This document shows, in pieces, positions 61,430-64,000 of a stretch of 64,000 nt of DNA. The stretch is from Botryllus schlosseri. Taxonomy: Eukaryota. Position numbers and translations under genes: made by a program. Position 1 is the first letter of the stretch; every line of letters starts with the position of its first letter. The notes beneath the pieces were generated by a model. That model searched no databases. It had not been told where the DNA came from and saw only the letters and a list, made by a program, of their open reading frames with translations. The DNA lies in contig CM119373.1 in assembly GCA_051294905.1 (NCBI GenBank), positions 2,170,001 through 2,234,000 of the forward strand, given 5' to 3'.

Positions 61430-62859
61430 GTGAGCAAAGCTATAGAGTTTAAATGCAATTTAATACATAAATACATGAAGTTTTGATCGTGCTATTCTGA
61501 TAACCCATACTTCCCCGTTATTAAAAAACGAATCGGGTCAGATATACGTTGAAGGGGGGATAAGTGAGGGGGTCGTGATACATCGTACCGACAAAGACAA
61601 CAGATAATTGAAATCTGGTATGTCAGTAGTTTAAAAATTAAATGTGGTTGAGGTGTCGCATATATTGTTTTTAGTTACTCGGAGGTTTCAAATTTCGATT
61701 TTGAAATGCAGAGTGTATCTAAATGATACGACAAATGCTTTGAGTAAAGCCAGATTGTAAAGTATCAATGAACAGATGGATTTGTTTAAAATGTGATGTA
61801 ACCAGTGCAAAAATCATCATGCTTGATCAAGCGCATATCGAGCTGGGTTGTTCTTTTCAAAATGAACCGACATGTGCGATTGTCATAAATACATTCAGTT
61901 ACCATAGTAAAGGGGCTATTTCGCACAGCTGTTATGACAATCTCACGCGTAAAGGTGATACAAACATACACCAAAACTACATGCTGCATTATAAACGATA
62001 AGCACAAGACGTTTTGATGTGAAAACTGTCAAGCAGTAATGGATGTAATCTAGAAACATTACCAAATGATATAAACAATGTTTACAAGTGGACCATTCAT
62101 TACGTGGCGCAAGTAGTCGAAGTAGAAGTTTATACAGCCATCTTTGTAAATAGTATCATATAAGTATAAATACAATCCCAGATCGTGGTTTCACTTCCAA
62201 TAAAACGGAAATTCACATGGTCTACAACAGTGTTTCCGAACCATGTCGCTAGCGCCCCCTGAGGGAATTTGGATTTTAAAGGGGCGGAAACACTGAGCGG
62301 CGATATGAGAGGCGCTATGACATCACGGGGCGCCAAAGATAACGGCGCTACGCAGTACAGATGATAGTAGGCCTATAGTTGTCATGGGGTTACAAAGTTC
62401 AACTGTTCTATTTATGCTTTGGATATCGTTGGAGATTTCATTCATTCTTTCCAAGCAAAATTCATCAATTCTCCAAAATTTCCGTCGCATCCGTACTCAA
62501 CAGATATTATAAGAACTTCGATTTGATCCCAAAAATAGTGCATACAATTATTAGATGGTCATCATGCGCGATTCCGGTGAGAAATATCTCCAATCATCAA
62601 GCCCAAGCCAAAAAATATCGACCGAACTTGGACGTCTACCCTATCATCTTTAGTACAGTATTTAAACTACGCGGGCGTCAAACCATGAAAGTATCCAAAA
62701 GAGGGCGCTGTCAGGAAAAGTTTAAGAATCACTGATCTGCAGATTCACTATTATGCAATCAAACACTTGATTCGATGATATGATGCTGATAACTGTCTAA
62801 GCATCTTCAATGTACAAAATCTGACACTAATCCATCCTCCCGTCGTTTGATATCTTCAG

Positions 62860-63045
62860 AAAAAGGACGCGTACTTCTCCCTGATGAAGGACATCGCGGT
62901 CATGCTTGGGGCTGACCGGCAAACGGCTGAGAGTGATATGCGGGCTGTGCTGGACTTTGAGAAACGGATCTCGCTGCTGAAAGCTCTTGATTTGGATTTC
63001 TATTCGCAAAGGACTCTCGCACAAATGAACATGGACATACCGGGA
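62860..63045 (+). CDS. M13-like peptidase, coding exon 9 (gene continues beyond the window; HExxH not seen)
   Basis: tcttcag|AAA...GGA|gtaagt; AYFSLMKDIAVMLGADRQTAESDMRAVLDFEKRIS is a typical M13 helix motif. The nine exons total 1326 nt, 442 codons in one frame. Confidence 0.9.
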
Positions 63046-63346
63046 GTAAGTCTACCTTACAGCGGTCGGTAGATTAACATGGCGATTAACATATCTTACA
63101 GCACACAATGAAGCGCCTTGATTCGGAACATTTATGGGGCGTGTAATGGCGCTTCGATTACGTGGGCCGTTTCGCGCAGTTGATGCGTTTTGTGTTTCGA
63201 CAAGATTGACACTGTATATCAGGGCGTGCAATTTCTGCAGTCGGCGGGCCGGACATACGAAATTGAAGTACTTGGCGGGCCGGATTCCTGAATCGATACA
63301 TTAATCGTTTATTCATCCACCTATACTATGAATAAATCGTATTTAA

Positions 63347-64000
63347 TAGGGATGGTGTGAACCTCTGAAAGGTTCAGGCTCGTGTAAACGCGAACCTGTT
63401 TGAAAGGTTCTGTGTGGACGATAATGTGAACCTCATGACGTCACGTGAAATCATATTGCTAACTCCCACCCTACATTTCACTGAAGTGATAGCCTCGCGA
63501 CGACTCAGGCCACATAATGCCACAATGCTGATGTACATATATTCACGGTTCAATCATCCCCAAATGTATCAGCCGGGGCAATCAAGTGATATAATAATCC
63601 CCTAAAATCAATATCTTTCGTCGCTTTACCAACAATTTCGACGAGGACTTGCAAGGGAATATAAACCTACGCCTTGACGGTCGAGGCCAGGCCGGACATT
63701 GTATTCGGCGTCTGAGTATAATTGCTACGTTAATATTGAGCAGAGTGCAGAACGGGTTTCTGTACATGCTACCGATATTATCCCTTTCACAAGTCACACA
63801 ACAGTAGCCAACATCCCAATCGCACTGATATGGTTTTCATGATACAATAAAAATATGAAATCAAGATTGACCCCGTACGCCTGCTAGATTTTTAACATCA
63901 GACAATGATATCAATTTCATTGATTGGTTGAATGAGCATCATTCGCTGACTACCTACATCTGGTGCATTTCGCTCTTGATGTTTTGTTATTGTGGGTCAA
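63347..64000. mobile_element. Second copy of the TAGGGATG hAT derivative (runs off the window)
   Basis: Collinear with the reverse complement of 14311 down to about 13700; relic DINFIDWLNEH..DYLHLVHFALDVLL resembles the hAT dimerisation domain. Confidence 0.75.

Noticed and set aside
63046-63346. A tenth peptidase exon
   Set aside because: Frames after the candidate acceptors (cttacag) stop quickly and lack the expected M13 motif, so the next exon lies outside the window.

Overview
This is eukaryotic (metazoan, probably invertebrate) AT-rich, repeat-dense genomic DNA. I found no prokaryotic operons, CRISPR arrays or rRNA. Two spliced genes can be reconstructed by hand, in divergent orientation. 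(1) A three-exon, minus-strand C2H2 zinc-finger gene at 14872-19237 (about 540 aa, three fingers). (2) The 5' nine coding exons of a plus-strand M13 (neprilysin/ECE-like) metallopeptidase at 51392-63045, continuing past the window. Its N-terminus is atypical: signal peptide, about 100 aa of acidic linker, then a 6-Cys sushi/CCP module, in place of the usual type II membrane anchor. The rest is a patchwork of transposon relics: more than 15 hAT-type MITEs (many with intact 8-bp TSDs and nested insertions), two TA-flanked pogo/Tc1-type MITEs, a 660-bp foldback element, tRNA-derived SINEs, degraded LINE pieces, and a 5'-truncated Penelope-like retroelement. The Penelope element has a GIY-YIG ORF, and its 3' repeat carries a minimal type I hammerhead ribozyme; three further decayed copies of that repeat occur, two as an inverted pair. 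Exon models and family assignments come from manual reading, with no database search.
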